Positions 52,419 to 64,000 of a DNA stretch of 64,000 nucleotides are shown piece after piece. The stretch lies in contig JAPETS010000019.1 of the NCBI GenBank assembly GCA_026023565.1, forward strand, positions 372,001-436,000. Reading direction: 5' to 3'. The DNA comes from Cirrosporium novae-zelandiae. Taxonomy: Eukaryota. Position numbers and translations under genes: made by a program. Under the pieces are notes generated by a model, which searched no databases, was not told the DNA's origin, and saw only the letters and a program-made list of their open reading frames with translations. The stretch's first letter is position 1, and each line of letters opens with the position of its first letter.

Positions 52419-54945
52419 TCATTCGAGCCATCCTGCCTCTCGAACCCTAAATACAAAGGTTGCTACCACGGCCATTAACAATCCAAAGCATAATATACTT
52501 GGACCCCAGCGATCGTGATACCTTACCGCCCTCCTCTTTCGAATCTTATCGACTCTCCACATATACAAGCCCATACTGTAGGCTAGTGCCAAGGCGGCTA
52601 GAACAGTAAATCCAATGGCTCCATATAGACTTGTCTGATCTCCAAAGTTCAGCATTGTAGCCGCAATGGTGCCGAGAAGAATGGAAAATTCAAGCCATGA
52701 GAGGAATGTACGTTCAGCTGCGAGATAGACTTTTGGTTCTACGCGTACTGGGACGTGTATGCGTTTTCCTGGTGGTGCACGGATGCGGTGCGTCGAGACT
52801 TCATTGGCAAGAGGGTTAAGGGTAGCGATATTGGATCTAGAAGGTATGGCTGTGGGGCTTGGTGCAGGGAGAAGATTGGAGAGGAAATGGGAGGCGGGTT
52901 GAAGGTATCCGGAGATGGCGTGAGTGTATTGGGAGATGCGGGTGCTATGGTGGGACGAATCTTCGTCGTCGGAATCGTAAAGGGTGTAGTCATTTTGGCC
53001 ATCAAGGAGCGGCGTCGTTTCCAAGCGTTCTTCAATATCGAGGGAATTCCCAGGGGGGGAAAAGTCATATCTATCTTCGGCTGCGCGTTCTTGGTCGCGT
53101 ATGTTGATGGCATCTCGAGCTTCACGGAGACGACGTAGGTTTTCGGATGATCCAGGGTGATCCAGAGATGGACGACCGATATCCATGTCATCATCTTCGG
53201 AATCATCGTTATTAGGTAGATCATCCGTACTTTGACTAAACGGCTGAGAAGGTCGTTCGATGCCAAATCGATGAACGATAGGCTTCCGGATATCGATATC
53301 CATTTGGGGCATCCAGAAAGGAATGAGATTTATACGATCAGGAAAGAGGGTGGCAGTCCCATGAATAAATTTGCTGAATTTGGGGACAGCTTCGACAAGG
53401 TGGCTTCCAATCAGATCGCGGACCCACTCGGGAGGTTCTTGCCCGGCTTGGGTTTGAAGCTTGACTTCAAGGATAGCGTAGGGGAATCTCTCAATATCCT
53501 TTGAAGGAAGCTGTTTGAAGGGATAGTCAACGCCAATGTCCATTCTCCGCCAGTTATCACCAGCCCGTTTTTCCCCATCTAGGTCATCTTCTCGGATCAT
53601 GCTGAGCTCTGTATCTAACGATATGCGCACCCGTGCATCCCCGGCAAGTTGAAAAGCAGTCCGACTATAATATGATCTGGTGACAGGAACCAATTTTCTT
53701 GTGATGACTCGGTATTGGATTTCCCTCGCCAATTGCTCCAAGTCAGCAATCTCCTTTTCGCTCTTCTTTTTATCCTTCCTCATCTTTTCGAAAACACTTT
53801 CAACAGTCAATCGCCCGGCCAAGAAGTCATTGACGTTTTTCTCTTTGAGTTCAAATCGCTGCTTAACCGACTTTTCTCCCGTCCAATCTTCTCTGTGCGT
53901 TTTTCGTTCGACAAATATTTTCTCACTATCCATTCCACCATACCATCTTAATCGGATAGCTTCCGCCCCCTCAGTCTTTTGCAGCCGGCCCATATAAAGC
54001 TCCCATGTTTCAGGATTGTCATAGTAGATTGAGGAGATGGCAGAGTCCTCCTGTTTGAATTCTTTGCTTGGATTGAAGACAAGGACGGGAAGATGCTAAT
54101 CATGTCAGCAATTTCCTTCATATCTAGCAAAAAGCCTTACCTTGAGAATAATTAATTTCAACTCGGTGATATTATCTGAATGCACCCAATATTTTGTTGT
54201 CTGACGAATAAAATTCTGTTGCGATCCACCCGCGGCACTATCCCCTTGGGCTGGATTTCCTCTTGTCCGTACCAAGTCATATAATTTGGAGAGCTCAACG
54301 ATAGTGGCATCGTAATTATCCTTGAAGAATGGTTTTGCATTTAGTCGAGCAGCAAAGACGGGTTTCAGGTGCCACAAAGTTAGTTTCTATTCACGTATTA
54401 GAAAAATCATCTCCAAGCAGCATTGAGTCTCTCACATCGTGTTTTTTGATAATTTTCTGAAACCCAGTATAGTTCAATTGAGTGAACTTGGCCAAATCAT
54501 GGACATCCGCAATTATATCACTAAGATCCGCCTCCAATAACAAAAAGTCGTCCACTGTAGGAGCATCATCTGCGCCGGTTCCCCGAGGAGGTTGGCCCTC
54601 CAGCTTTGAGATGACATGGTTGACTTCTTCCCCTGAATTCCTTAGTCTCCGCAGAATTTCACCATTCTTTACCTTCTGGAAAGTGTATACTTTTTCCAGC
54701 TCATCCTCCAGCTGAGCCACAAAGGATTCTTCGTCTGCTTCTGTCCACGGTTCTCGCTCTGGACTAGATCTACCCGGGGTGGATGGGACTTTGTAGGGCT
54801 TTTTCAACGCATCTTTCAAGTCATCGTAGGCGATGTAATAGTAGTAATAATCGCGGATGAGTGAAGTCCGTAGCTGTTGTCCGAACCTACGAAAAAACAA
54901 TTAGCGGGACGACATAAAATAAAGTAAGCATTGTGTATACTTCAT
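52419..54945 (-). CDS. VTC4: Vacuolar transporter chaperone 4 (polyphosphate polymerase), 4 exons
   Basis: SPX N-terminus ([29 protein letters not shown]), VTC domain ([47 protein letters not shown]), C-terminal [15 protein letters not shown] plus TMs. Confidence 0.96.
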
Positions 54946-55223
54946 GATGTACAAACTACACAGAATGCAAGCTCTCCAATTGATTTCTGGACCAAAAGAG
55001 TGTACCGAAATGGTTGCGGTGTCAGCAAGACATAACAAGAGGTGGAAGCCATTGTTGAGGCACGACGCCTCCCGCAATAAGTTAGAACATCACATGTTCC
55101 GTAACTTTGGCTTGACATCAACTTTGGATATCATTAAATTTGAACAAATCAAGAGTTGGGTTGACTGGATAGGTAACTCCAACGAGCTTCAATCCATCCA
55201 CCAATTATAGCCATTCAATCTAG

Positions 55224-55229
55224 CACGTT
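55224..55229. promoter_or_regulatory. Possible Pho4/NUC-1-type site CACGTT upstream of VTC4
   Basis: Single hexamer ~280 bp upstream of the VTC4 ATG; VTC4 is a PHO-regulon gene in yeast. Could be chance. Confidence 0.3.
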
Positions 55230-55472
55230 TGAAAACTCTACCAGGCCAGTGGTCATAGCTCCAACAATCCATGAACTCGGTTGTCATAATCCTCGCTCGC
55301 ACTGTAAAAAAAAAAGAAAACAAAGAATTCCTCATGAATTTTCATGTCTAACTAGATATTTAGGGTAATGCTACTTTATATGCACTTCATTATCTTTCAT
55401 GCTACCCAGAACCTCATCATCGTCGTCATTGCCATTAGGCTTTCCTTACAATCCGGACCAAGGGCCGCTAGC

Positions 55473-58400
55473 CTAGACCACCCCTGTAACTCTTCTAATA
55501 CTCCTCCGAGGTCCTTCACCCGCAATAGATATGTGACCTTCTTGCTCAAGCGACCTTAACGCATCGGCAAACTCACTTCCTTCCACCGGAATACTGCTCC
55601 GATCACTCAGTACTTTATAAAGGTCCGAATACCTTGCAGCTCCGCCTTTCCGTGTCATATCATCCAGCAGACCGGTAATCGCGCTCTTCAGGTCTTGTTT
55701 CCTCCGTCGCTCGCTTGCACTTGTTCCTTCTGTCAATAGTCCCATGTCAATGAGACCTGTACGCGCGTCTGTTGCGGCTTGTTTTAATGCTGATTTAATT
55801 AAGCGTACTGCCTCTAGAACATCATCGGCTGTTACTTCTTCACTTAATCGCATCTTGGCATGAGCCTCTGCTAGACGGATCATTGATTCGAGCTGGCGAG
55901 TTGTTGCAGTAATACGTCGTTCTGATGCTCGTACATCTTCACCGAGCTTGCGCATTTCTACATAAGACTTAACCAATTCTTCCGATGCCGCTTCCGTTAT
56001 GCGAGGATGGATTTTAGAACGAGCATATGAAATGTACGCAGTAAGGAATTCAATAGGCTAAACAATATAGACTTAGCAGTGAACATGAATTGTAAGGAAA
56101 TGCTAGACTTTAAACTTACCAAGATCTCCTCTCTACTAGCGTTTTCTGGTGCATCTTCAAGATACATCCCAACCAAATGACGAGCTAATCGTCGATCGGC
56201 TTGTTCATCAGTACGATCCAAAACTAAGTATACTAAATCAAACCGTGAAAGTAAGGTTGGTGGTAGATCGATATTCTGCGGAACCGGGAGGTTTGGATTG
56301 TACTTGCTGCCGATGGGGTTGGCTGAAGCTAAAATGCTTGTCCTTGCGTTCAAGGTTGTAATGATACCTGCCTTTGCAATAGAGACAGTCTGTTGTTCCA
56401 TGACTTCGTGTAGAACAGACCTTGTAGCATCAGCCATTTTATCAAATTCATCAATGCAGCAGACACCGCCATCCGAAAGAACCAGAGCTCCGGATTCGAG
56501 GACTAGTTGTCGAGTTTCAGGATCACGGGTCACATAAGCAGTAAGACCAACTGCAGAGGAGCCTTTGCCGCTTGTATATACTCCGCGAGGTGCAATTTTG
56601 TGAACATATCGTAGGAGCTGGGATTTTGCTGTAGAAGGGTCACCGCAAAGAAGAACATTGATATCGCCACGATATTTAGGGCTGCCACCCTTTTCAAAGG
56701 ATTTGTTGGTGCCACCGAATAGCTGCAATAAGATTCCCTTTTTGATATCATCCAACTCGTAGACACTGGGAGCTAGTGAACGCGACAGCAACTCGTAAAC
56801 GTCAGGCCGCAGAGCAGTCTCCTTGATCTTTTCTTCTTCCTCAGCCGTGACCTTTCTTGTTTCCTCAACATCCCCGGCAATTTGCTCCGAAAGTTCCTGT
56901 TCGACTGTTGATATATCAATCCCTAGTCGCCTCTTATCTACTTTTTGTACATGTAGAACGTCCACATAAGTCTTGAACAGACTTTTAATAGTCCTTTGCC
57001 TTGGGTTGACCCGAACAGGATTACCTCTGAAAATTCCAGTAACCTCTATGCGATCACCGGCCTTGCAGACATCCACCAGTTCATCGTAAACACATAAAGA
57101 GACTGAATGTGGAGTCTGGCCATCGGGTACCATATCCGGAGTTTCTTGGAGTTTAATGACTTGCTTGTCTGCAAAGACGCAACGATTATGCACAATCTGC
57201 ATTGAATTTTGAGATTCGCACACCTGACGAGGGCATTTGGTGGGCTCTGCAATCTTGCCTCGATCTATGCCAACTCGGACAGCATGATTGCAAACTTGAC
57301 ATTTGAAAAACGCTTCTTTCATATCCGGAATAACAGGCGTGGCACGTATGACAAGGCCTTTGACACCGACCAGCTTATCCATATCTTGTGGATTTAGATC
57401 TCTCAGGTTGACAGCTTTATCGAGGCTAAAAGGTAGAACTTTATAGGTTCTACTCTCTACCTCTTCCACGAGGTTTGGTAATTCCATCGAATCCTCACCA
57501 CCAGGGGTGCCCGGGGTACCTGGAGTGCCTGGGGTATTCACCTCCGAGCTGGACATTGGCGGGACAGAGCTGCTTAAGCCTCGTGGATGCTGAAATTTAG
57601 ATTGCGGATGCTGCATCTTCAGCTCTTTCATTTCCTTCTCTGCAAGTTCAACCATCATGTCCTTCACAGACTGATCCATGATAGGAATGACTTCTTGGGG
57701 ATAAGCCTGTATTTGGTGCCAGACCTTTAACGTTGATGGGTAAGCTTTCAAATTGCGCACATCCAGATTCAAGCCATTTACGCCCAGCTTCCGCATGTTA
57801 TTGAGCATTTCAATGTATTCCCTTGTATCGGCAGCAGGTCCAAGTGCATCGGTTTCGGCCTCTGTAGCCCCATCCGCCCACATACGATATTTTCTCATAT
57901 AATTCCTAAGAAAATTCTTGAAAGAAGACATGGTATCTTGAATAGCAATGTTGGTTCCCCAAATAACTCGAGTGGAGTCACCTCCAAGAACATTAGCTTC
58001 TGATGTATCAGGATCCATGTTTGAAAAGGTCCGGTCTGAATTTTGATCTCCAACGGGCATGCCATTTTCACCCACAAACATACGTCTACGTCGACCACCA
58101 GTCGAGGAGAGGACATCGGAATGTATATCATTTCGCCGTGAAATATTCATCCCGCTAGCGTTAGAGGCTACCGATCGTGAGGAACGTATGAACATGCCGG
58201 TACTGCTGCTTGGAATATCAGAACGCTGTCTGCCAGAGCCACGCAGCCCTCTGGTAGGACTTGAGCTTGAAACATATCGGATGGGTGAGGAGTCTGGTTC
58301 AAGAAATGTTAGAATCAATAGAGAGCTGCTATCAGTGATATCACAAACCCCTTATATCCCTCTGGATGGCTCTTGGGGTACGATCTCCATCAGTTTCGTC

Positions 58401-58730
58401 AGCATTTGACATTGCCCGAAGTGGAGAGCTTATATCCATCTGGTCCCTAGAGGGACCTACCTCGGAAGGCCCAGCACCGTTGGCATTGGATGGAGAGGAC
58501 CGAAAAAACAATGGCGATGATTGTGGAACACCTAACCTTGGGCCTCGGGGAGTGTTCTGAGACGGAACATTCAAATTCTGAGAGGAAGTTGCTAGGTCAT
58601 GTTGTAACTGGGCAGCGGGCCCTGGAGTTTCTTCAATTGCATTAGGGGGTTCCTGAGAGTCCCGTTGAGATCGTCGTGGTGTAGATGTTCGAGAATTTCG
58701 TTGGGATCGTCGAGGTGTCGGCGAAGACAT
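55473..58730 (-). CDS. MCM4: DNA replication licensing factor MCM4 (Cdc54/Cdc21), 3 exons
   Basis: S/TP-rich N-terminus, VIWGTN, Zn finger, QETPDMVPDGQTPHSV, GDPSTAKSQ Walker A, CCIDEFDKM, LLSRFDL, ATTRQLESMIRL. Confidence 0.97.
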
Positions 58731-58827
58731 GTTGTGAGCTTTGTTTGAATTATTTGAATTATTAAATTGAGGAGAAAAAGGGAGATTGAGATGGTCGATA
58801 AGAAAAGAGAAGTCAAAAAGACGTGTA

Positions 58828-58912
58828 TCGCGTCAGAACACGCTATTAGATTGACTGCATCAGCCCTATCCAATAAGGTTATCCTTACGTGCCGATTGAT
58901 TTCGAGACGCGT
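58828..58912. promoter_or_regulatory. MCB-like elements in the MCM4/NSE2 divergent promoter
   Basis: ACGCGT at 58907-58912 and TCGCGT at 58828-58833 within the ~316-bp head-to-head interval. Confidence 0.55.
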
Positions 58913-59046
58913 CCATACCTTGAACAACCTCACTTGAGTATATATTATAATTTATAAGAAATAATCTTCTATACAGTCCAATAAAACTAACTATTATCGT
59001 TCCAGAAATAGAAGATTTATTGAACCAGGGTCAAAATATTTTGATA

Positions 59047-60428
59047 ATGTCATTGCGCCAGCGGTCTTCAGTCGCAACACCTGCTCGGCGCCGTCATGAT
59101 CAAGGACAAACCGAAGAACCCGAGACACCACGTTCTCTGCAATATCAACCGCTTTCTCACCCTCTAACTGCAAAAGCACAGCAGGCGCTCGAAAGTCTTC
59201 TTCGACAACATGATTTCAGTGCATTAAACAAGCGTGTTGCAGACGTCAACGACAAAATCTCTAATATCGCAGCAGAGGTGACTGAAAAGGTTGTGTTAAA
59301 AAATGACGTCCACAAAGCGAGGAGGGAAAAGAGGCTTGCTAAAGGAATGGAACTAGATGAAGATGCAGACAGAGAGATGGAAGAGTTGCTGGAGAGAGGC
59401 AACACATGGAGCGCTGAGCTGGAATGTGCAGTCAGGAAAAACATTGATATCCAACAAGCCATTACGGACATGGTAGAGTCTGTACGGGAGATGGCGGAAC
59501 ATCCTGAAGATTTTCAACAAGGAGCTAGCAACCGACGGAGACGACAGTCAATAGATTCAGAATCAGACGAAAATGCTACATTACTTTCACGCCTTAGGCA
59601 GAGGATACAAGAGAACCAAAATAAATGGGATAGTACATCCATGTATTATCGGTATGTGTATCACTACGCCCACTTTTACCGATAATCTAATAACGATGGT
59701 ATAGATACGCCGAGAACAACGACTATATACAATTCGCCAGAATGATGCATGAAGCAAAATATTCTCAAGAAAGCGCGGCACCCCCACTACCCAACCCTAC
59801 AGAGTGGTTTGCGGAAGCAGATAGAGCAGCAGGCCATGGGCGTGGAGGCCGGAATACCCGTCAAAATGCAGCTACCGGCCAAGATGATGATGATATAATT
59901 CTCGCATCAGAAAACAAGAGCATCAAATGCCCAATTACTCTGTTGGAGTTCAAGGATCCTGTTACATCTACACAGTGCCCGCATAGCTTTGAGAAAGCAG
60001 CTATTATGGAAATGATTAAGCAGAGTACTCTACGAGAATCCGGCAAGAAGGCCGTGAGATGTCCCGAGTGTGACAAGGTATACCACTTCCTATGATGATG
60101 TTTAAAATTTAATGCTGAGATATATTAGACCCTCACCGCTTCCGACCTTAAGCCTGACCCGGCCCTGCTTCGTCGTGTCAAACGTATACAAGCTCTTGAG
60201 GCCCAGCAAGAAGCTGATGACGACGACGAGGATGATTTCGACGAGGATGAAGGTTCCAGCCCTGCGGTAACAAGAGAGTCACACGCGCGGCACCGGACCG
60301 CTGCCGCCGCACCGCAGGTCAAGGCAGAGAGAGTCAAAGCTGAAATAGCGTCGAGAATGAGCCTTGTACCTGAAACTCAGGTCTCGGGCACGCAAGTTGT
60401 GGACCTGGAAGGGTCGGAAGAAGAATAA
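59047..60428 (+). CDS. NSE2: SUMO E3 ligase Nse2/Mms21 (Smc5/6 subunit), 3 exons
   Basis: Helical N-terminus, RYAENNDYIQFARMMHEA, SP-RING KCPITL..PV..CPHSFEK..I..CPEC. Confidence 0.88.
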
Positions 60429-62197
60429 AATAAAAGAAGTGGTTATTCGCATGGCCACAATACTTACCCGTAACCAACTTGGATGCAAGTTGCGATAAGT
60501 ACTTTAAAGGATGATTGAGGCTCAAATCAATAAATCCGTCAAGGCCTACTCATCAGAGCATGCCGGCATTTCCCATTCCTGCCAGGGATAGATGCACTGT
60601 GGCTTATATACTCTGTACCAAATAAATATTTGACGGGATTCTGATTGCATCAAGTCTAATTTCTTTCCTTCCGCCTTACTCCGTAGAATCCTACACATGT
60701 CCCCGAAAATTTCCTTGAACCGACAAGGTAATTTCCGCTGGCATATCACCCAACTGTAGGAATGTTGTACTTGTGTTATAGCGGAGACCACGGATGCATA
60801 GACCCCGAACTCCCGCCCGATATTCCCGTCAGGTGTTTTGAACAAACTCCCAATAATTAATTACCTTGGAAAGAGGTTACGTGTTCTTGATCATTGGTGT
60901 CTTAGTTTGCGTGGTCCCTCTGCAGTCAGAAAAAAAAAATATGCACTCATCCCAGGTGATCTCCCCCCCCCTTAGTTCATGTAGATTGAAAAAAAGGAAG
61001 GAAGAGAAGAAATTCAAAACATGTTTTGATATTATTATTATTATTATTATTTTGCACATGATACATAACGAACCTATGTTACCTCCAAAAATATGATAAA
61101 CTTGAGAAAGAAAGAAAAATAAACAAACAAAAAGAAAGCCAGGGGGGGACATTTTCTATCTATCATAATTTCAGCAACACGAACCCCTTCGAGGGTAAAG
61201 ATATGAAAAAGCATTTCCACAGAAGCAAATTAATCAATCTAGAACAAAAAGCCTAGCTAGCTAGCTAGCTAGCTTTGTACGACCCTTGAGTTCCGGTTCT
61301 CTTCTTCTTACCTTCTTCCACCCACCAATCTATCCGTCATCCGCTCATTCTTCATTCTTGTTACACACACACGAAATTCATTGGTTTACAGTATCAGCAA
61401 ACCACTCCCCCCTAAAACCACTCCCCCCTAAAAGAAAAGCACTGAAGTAAAGTAGAGTAGATCACGACAGGGTCGAGCTCTTCCCCCCTCCCCCCCCTTT
61501 CTCTCCTACAAAGTAGTTCACTCTTACAACCTCCTTATCGCACAGCATCATCGGGAATACTTATACATATACCATACCACGCATACCCCGCTTTCCTTTC
61601 CCTTTTCCCTTTTCCCTTTAGCAAAAAAAAAAAAAGGGAAACAGTGTACGCACGCGAAGAAGAAGGCAAGAAGCAAGAAAAACAGGGTCCTTTTTAAATT
61701 CCGATGCGGGTTGACATCAGGATAGTAGCAAGAGCTTACGAGTTCATGCATCAATATATGTAGAGTATGTATTTTTGATATTAGATCCCCCTATATGATG
61801 CAGACGGAGAAGTAGAGCGCCGACCTGCCGACTTGCCGACTTTACCAACTCGATGAATTTGACAGACAAATAGGCTGGGAGTAGGGGTCGGGGGGGTAAT
61901 TAGAGGTCTCTCCGTTTTGGGTGATGATGATTGATGATGATTGATGATGACAAAAAATCGTTTCCTCGTTCGTTGTTTCGTTCATTCATCCATTCATTTA
62001 AAACAACTTAATAAATAAAATAAACTTTTTTCATTGAAAAAAAAAAAACCTGAAAAAATTACTTTTGAACATAATTAATTAGATAATAACAATAAAAAGA
62101 AGAAGAAAAATATCCTAATTCTTTGTTTATCTAATATGGGAATAAAGGAAATTTGATATTATTTGGGTTTTGGGTTTTGGATTTTGGATTTTTTGTT

Positions 62198-62237
62198 GAA
62201 GGGTGAAGGGTGAAGGGTGAAGGGTGAAGGGTGAAGG
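62198..62237. repeat. (GAAGGGT)n microsatellite
   Basis: About 5.5 tandem units read directly. Confidence 0.85.
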
Positions 62238-62915
62238 ATGAAGATAGATATATACCTGAGGCAGAGTTTGGTATCGATTATATCTAGAACAAAAGTTCTG
62301 TGGTTGGTGGTGGTTCAAGTAATACATAGGCGTCCTCCTCCCCTTTCTCCTCCTCCAAAAGTCCAAAAGCCCAAGATACGAAATAAAAATAAAAGAAGCA
62401 CAGAGAGGAATAGATAAGTAACTATCTAATTAAGTAATAACTCAATCTCTTTTGCTCCCTCATCGATTTAACTACTTACTACTCGAGGATAGAGTAGTAT
62501 GATAATCGATCGTATCGTTATCCTTATGAGTGATCCACATCCACACACATCCACAACCACAACCACACCCATTCACAAGACAAGCCTTTCTCCAAGATTC
62601 ATAAACTAACTAGGCTAGGTAATTAGTCGCAAGTCTCAAAGTCGCAATCCAATCCATCAATCATCCCTCTTCCTTCTTCCCTATTGATCCATTCATCCAT
62701 CCTTATCTTTTTTTAACCTAGCAATCAAACAACCACGAACAACAACCCAAAATAGAAAACCCCCCCCCCCCCCCAAATTCAATCCATAAAAAATACCTAA
62801 ATTACCTATCCAAGCCTTATCCGTAATCATCCAAGTTTATCAACACAAAGAACCAAACAAAGCAAACGACCCAACCATACCCCTCGCCACCCCTCGCCCC
62901 TCCTTTCCTCTAAAA

Positions 62916-62957
62916 AAGCCAAGCCAAGCCAAGCCAAGCCAAGCCAAGCCAAGCCAA
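62916..62957. repeat. (AAGCC)n microsatellite
   Basis: About 8 tandem units read directly. Confidence 0.9.
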
Positions 62958-64000
62958 AGCCCTACTCATCCACGAGCTTCCCAAGGACCTAAGCGGGGAG
63001 CTCCCCCCTTCCACCTCCAAAAAAAGATAAGTAAGCCTTAAGCCTTACCCATCTGACCGCCGCACAGGCTTGCACGGGCTGCTCGGGCGCGCACGCGCTT
63101 CCATCAGGGATGAGGGCTGTACTTGGAAGTAGGAATTATGTATTGTACATGTACTTAGTAGCCTCATGTATGGATGGACGTACCTCTGATTGGATTGGAT
63201 TGGATTGGATTGGATCGCAACCAACTCCTACTTAAGGACAAGTACATGTACATGCATATTAGAGAGCATACAAAGACAACAAGAAAACTAAAATAATCCT
63301 GCAATTTCCATAGCAGAACTATCATGTACTCGCTCGTTCGTATAACCAAGTAAGTCATGTTCCTTTTTTTTCCATTATGATCACACTGATGATGATGATG
63401 GCGATATGTATAGTATATACCTTCTATGTTAAATTCTCTTTTAATTTAAATTAATTAATTTTGTGCTGACACTTCTTTTTCTTCTTCTTGGGGACCGTTT
63501 TCTATTCTTTTTGCATATGTATGCCAATGCCAATGCTGGCTGTGTGTGCGTGTGCGCTGTACATGTACATCATACTTGATTTATCAGGTGGTGCGGGGAA
63601 TTTTTTGTCCAATCCTAATCTATCTCTTATCGAGGGAGGGGGGGGTAAGCTCGATCTGCATGTCTCTCTCTCTCTCTCTCTCTCTCTTTGCTCTAGGAAC
63701 GAATTGTGGCAGTGGTAGTGTGGGTGGTGCGGCGCGGTGCGGTGTGCAGGATGGGATGGGATGGGATGGATTGGATATACATATGTAGGTGTACGTAGGT
63801 AGATAGGTAGGTAGGTGAAAGTTACTGTACAAGATCAAGATCCCTGTAGCTGTAGCTCTCTGTACAAGTACTTAGTAGTTGTAGCTTGTAAAGGTGTTTA
63901 ATTTTACTAAATGGAGGAAAGGATGACTTACCTAATCTTGTTTGAATAAATAGAAAAATAAAACAAGTTTATTAATTATTTATATCACCTTATTGGATCA

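Noticed and set aside
1..64000. tRNA or rRNA genes; secondary-metabolite cluster
   Set aside because: No cloverleaf, rRNA-like sequence or PKS/NRPS/terpene backbone recognised by eye; a tRNAscan/Infernal run would be needed to exclude small RNAs.

Overview
Eukaryotic, intron-containing genomic DNA from a filamentous ascomycete (Pezizomycotina-type GT-AG introns with CTRAC branch points, microsatellite-rich intergenic DNA). Fourteen protein-coding genes are supported: an aquaporin, a disordered protein with a C-terminal OB-fold-like domain, an ataxin-10/Ctr86-like protein, a Tco89-like protein, two orphan paralogs, an uncharacterised membrane glycoprotein, a CCCH + CHY zinc-finger protein, a DUF1752/DUF3295 protein, CCT5, an HP1/Swi6-like chromo protein, VTC4, MCM4 and NSE2/MMS21. 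There is also a 146-bp hAT-type MITE with an intact 8-bp TSD and a ~10 kb gene-poor interval. Most notable: (1) two small orphan genes ~31 kb apart share an ungapped 61-aa domain (AYND..PH.FS ... AC.ERH) and the same 21-nt micro-exon structure, defining a gene family I do not recognise; (2) the 6171-8233 protein looks like a fungal SPATA22/RPA32-type OB-fold protein; (3) several CDSs switch from C-rich to G-rich at their 3' ends; (4) the CCCH finger is split by an unusually long, possibly structured intron. Gene models were spliced by eye and homology calls are from motif recognition, not database searches.
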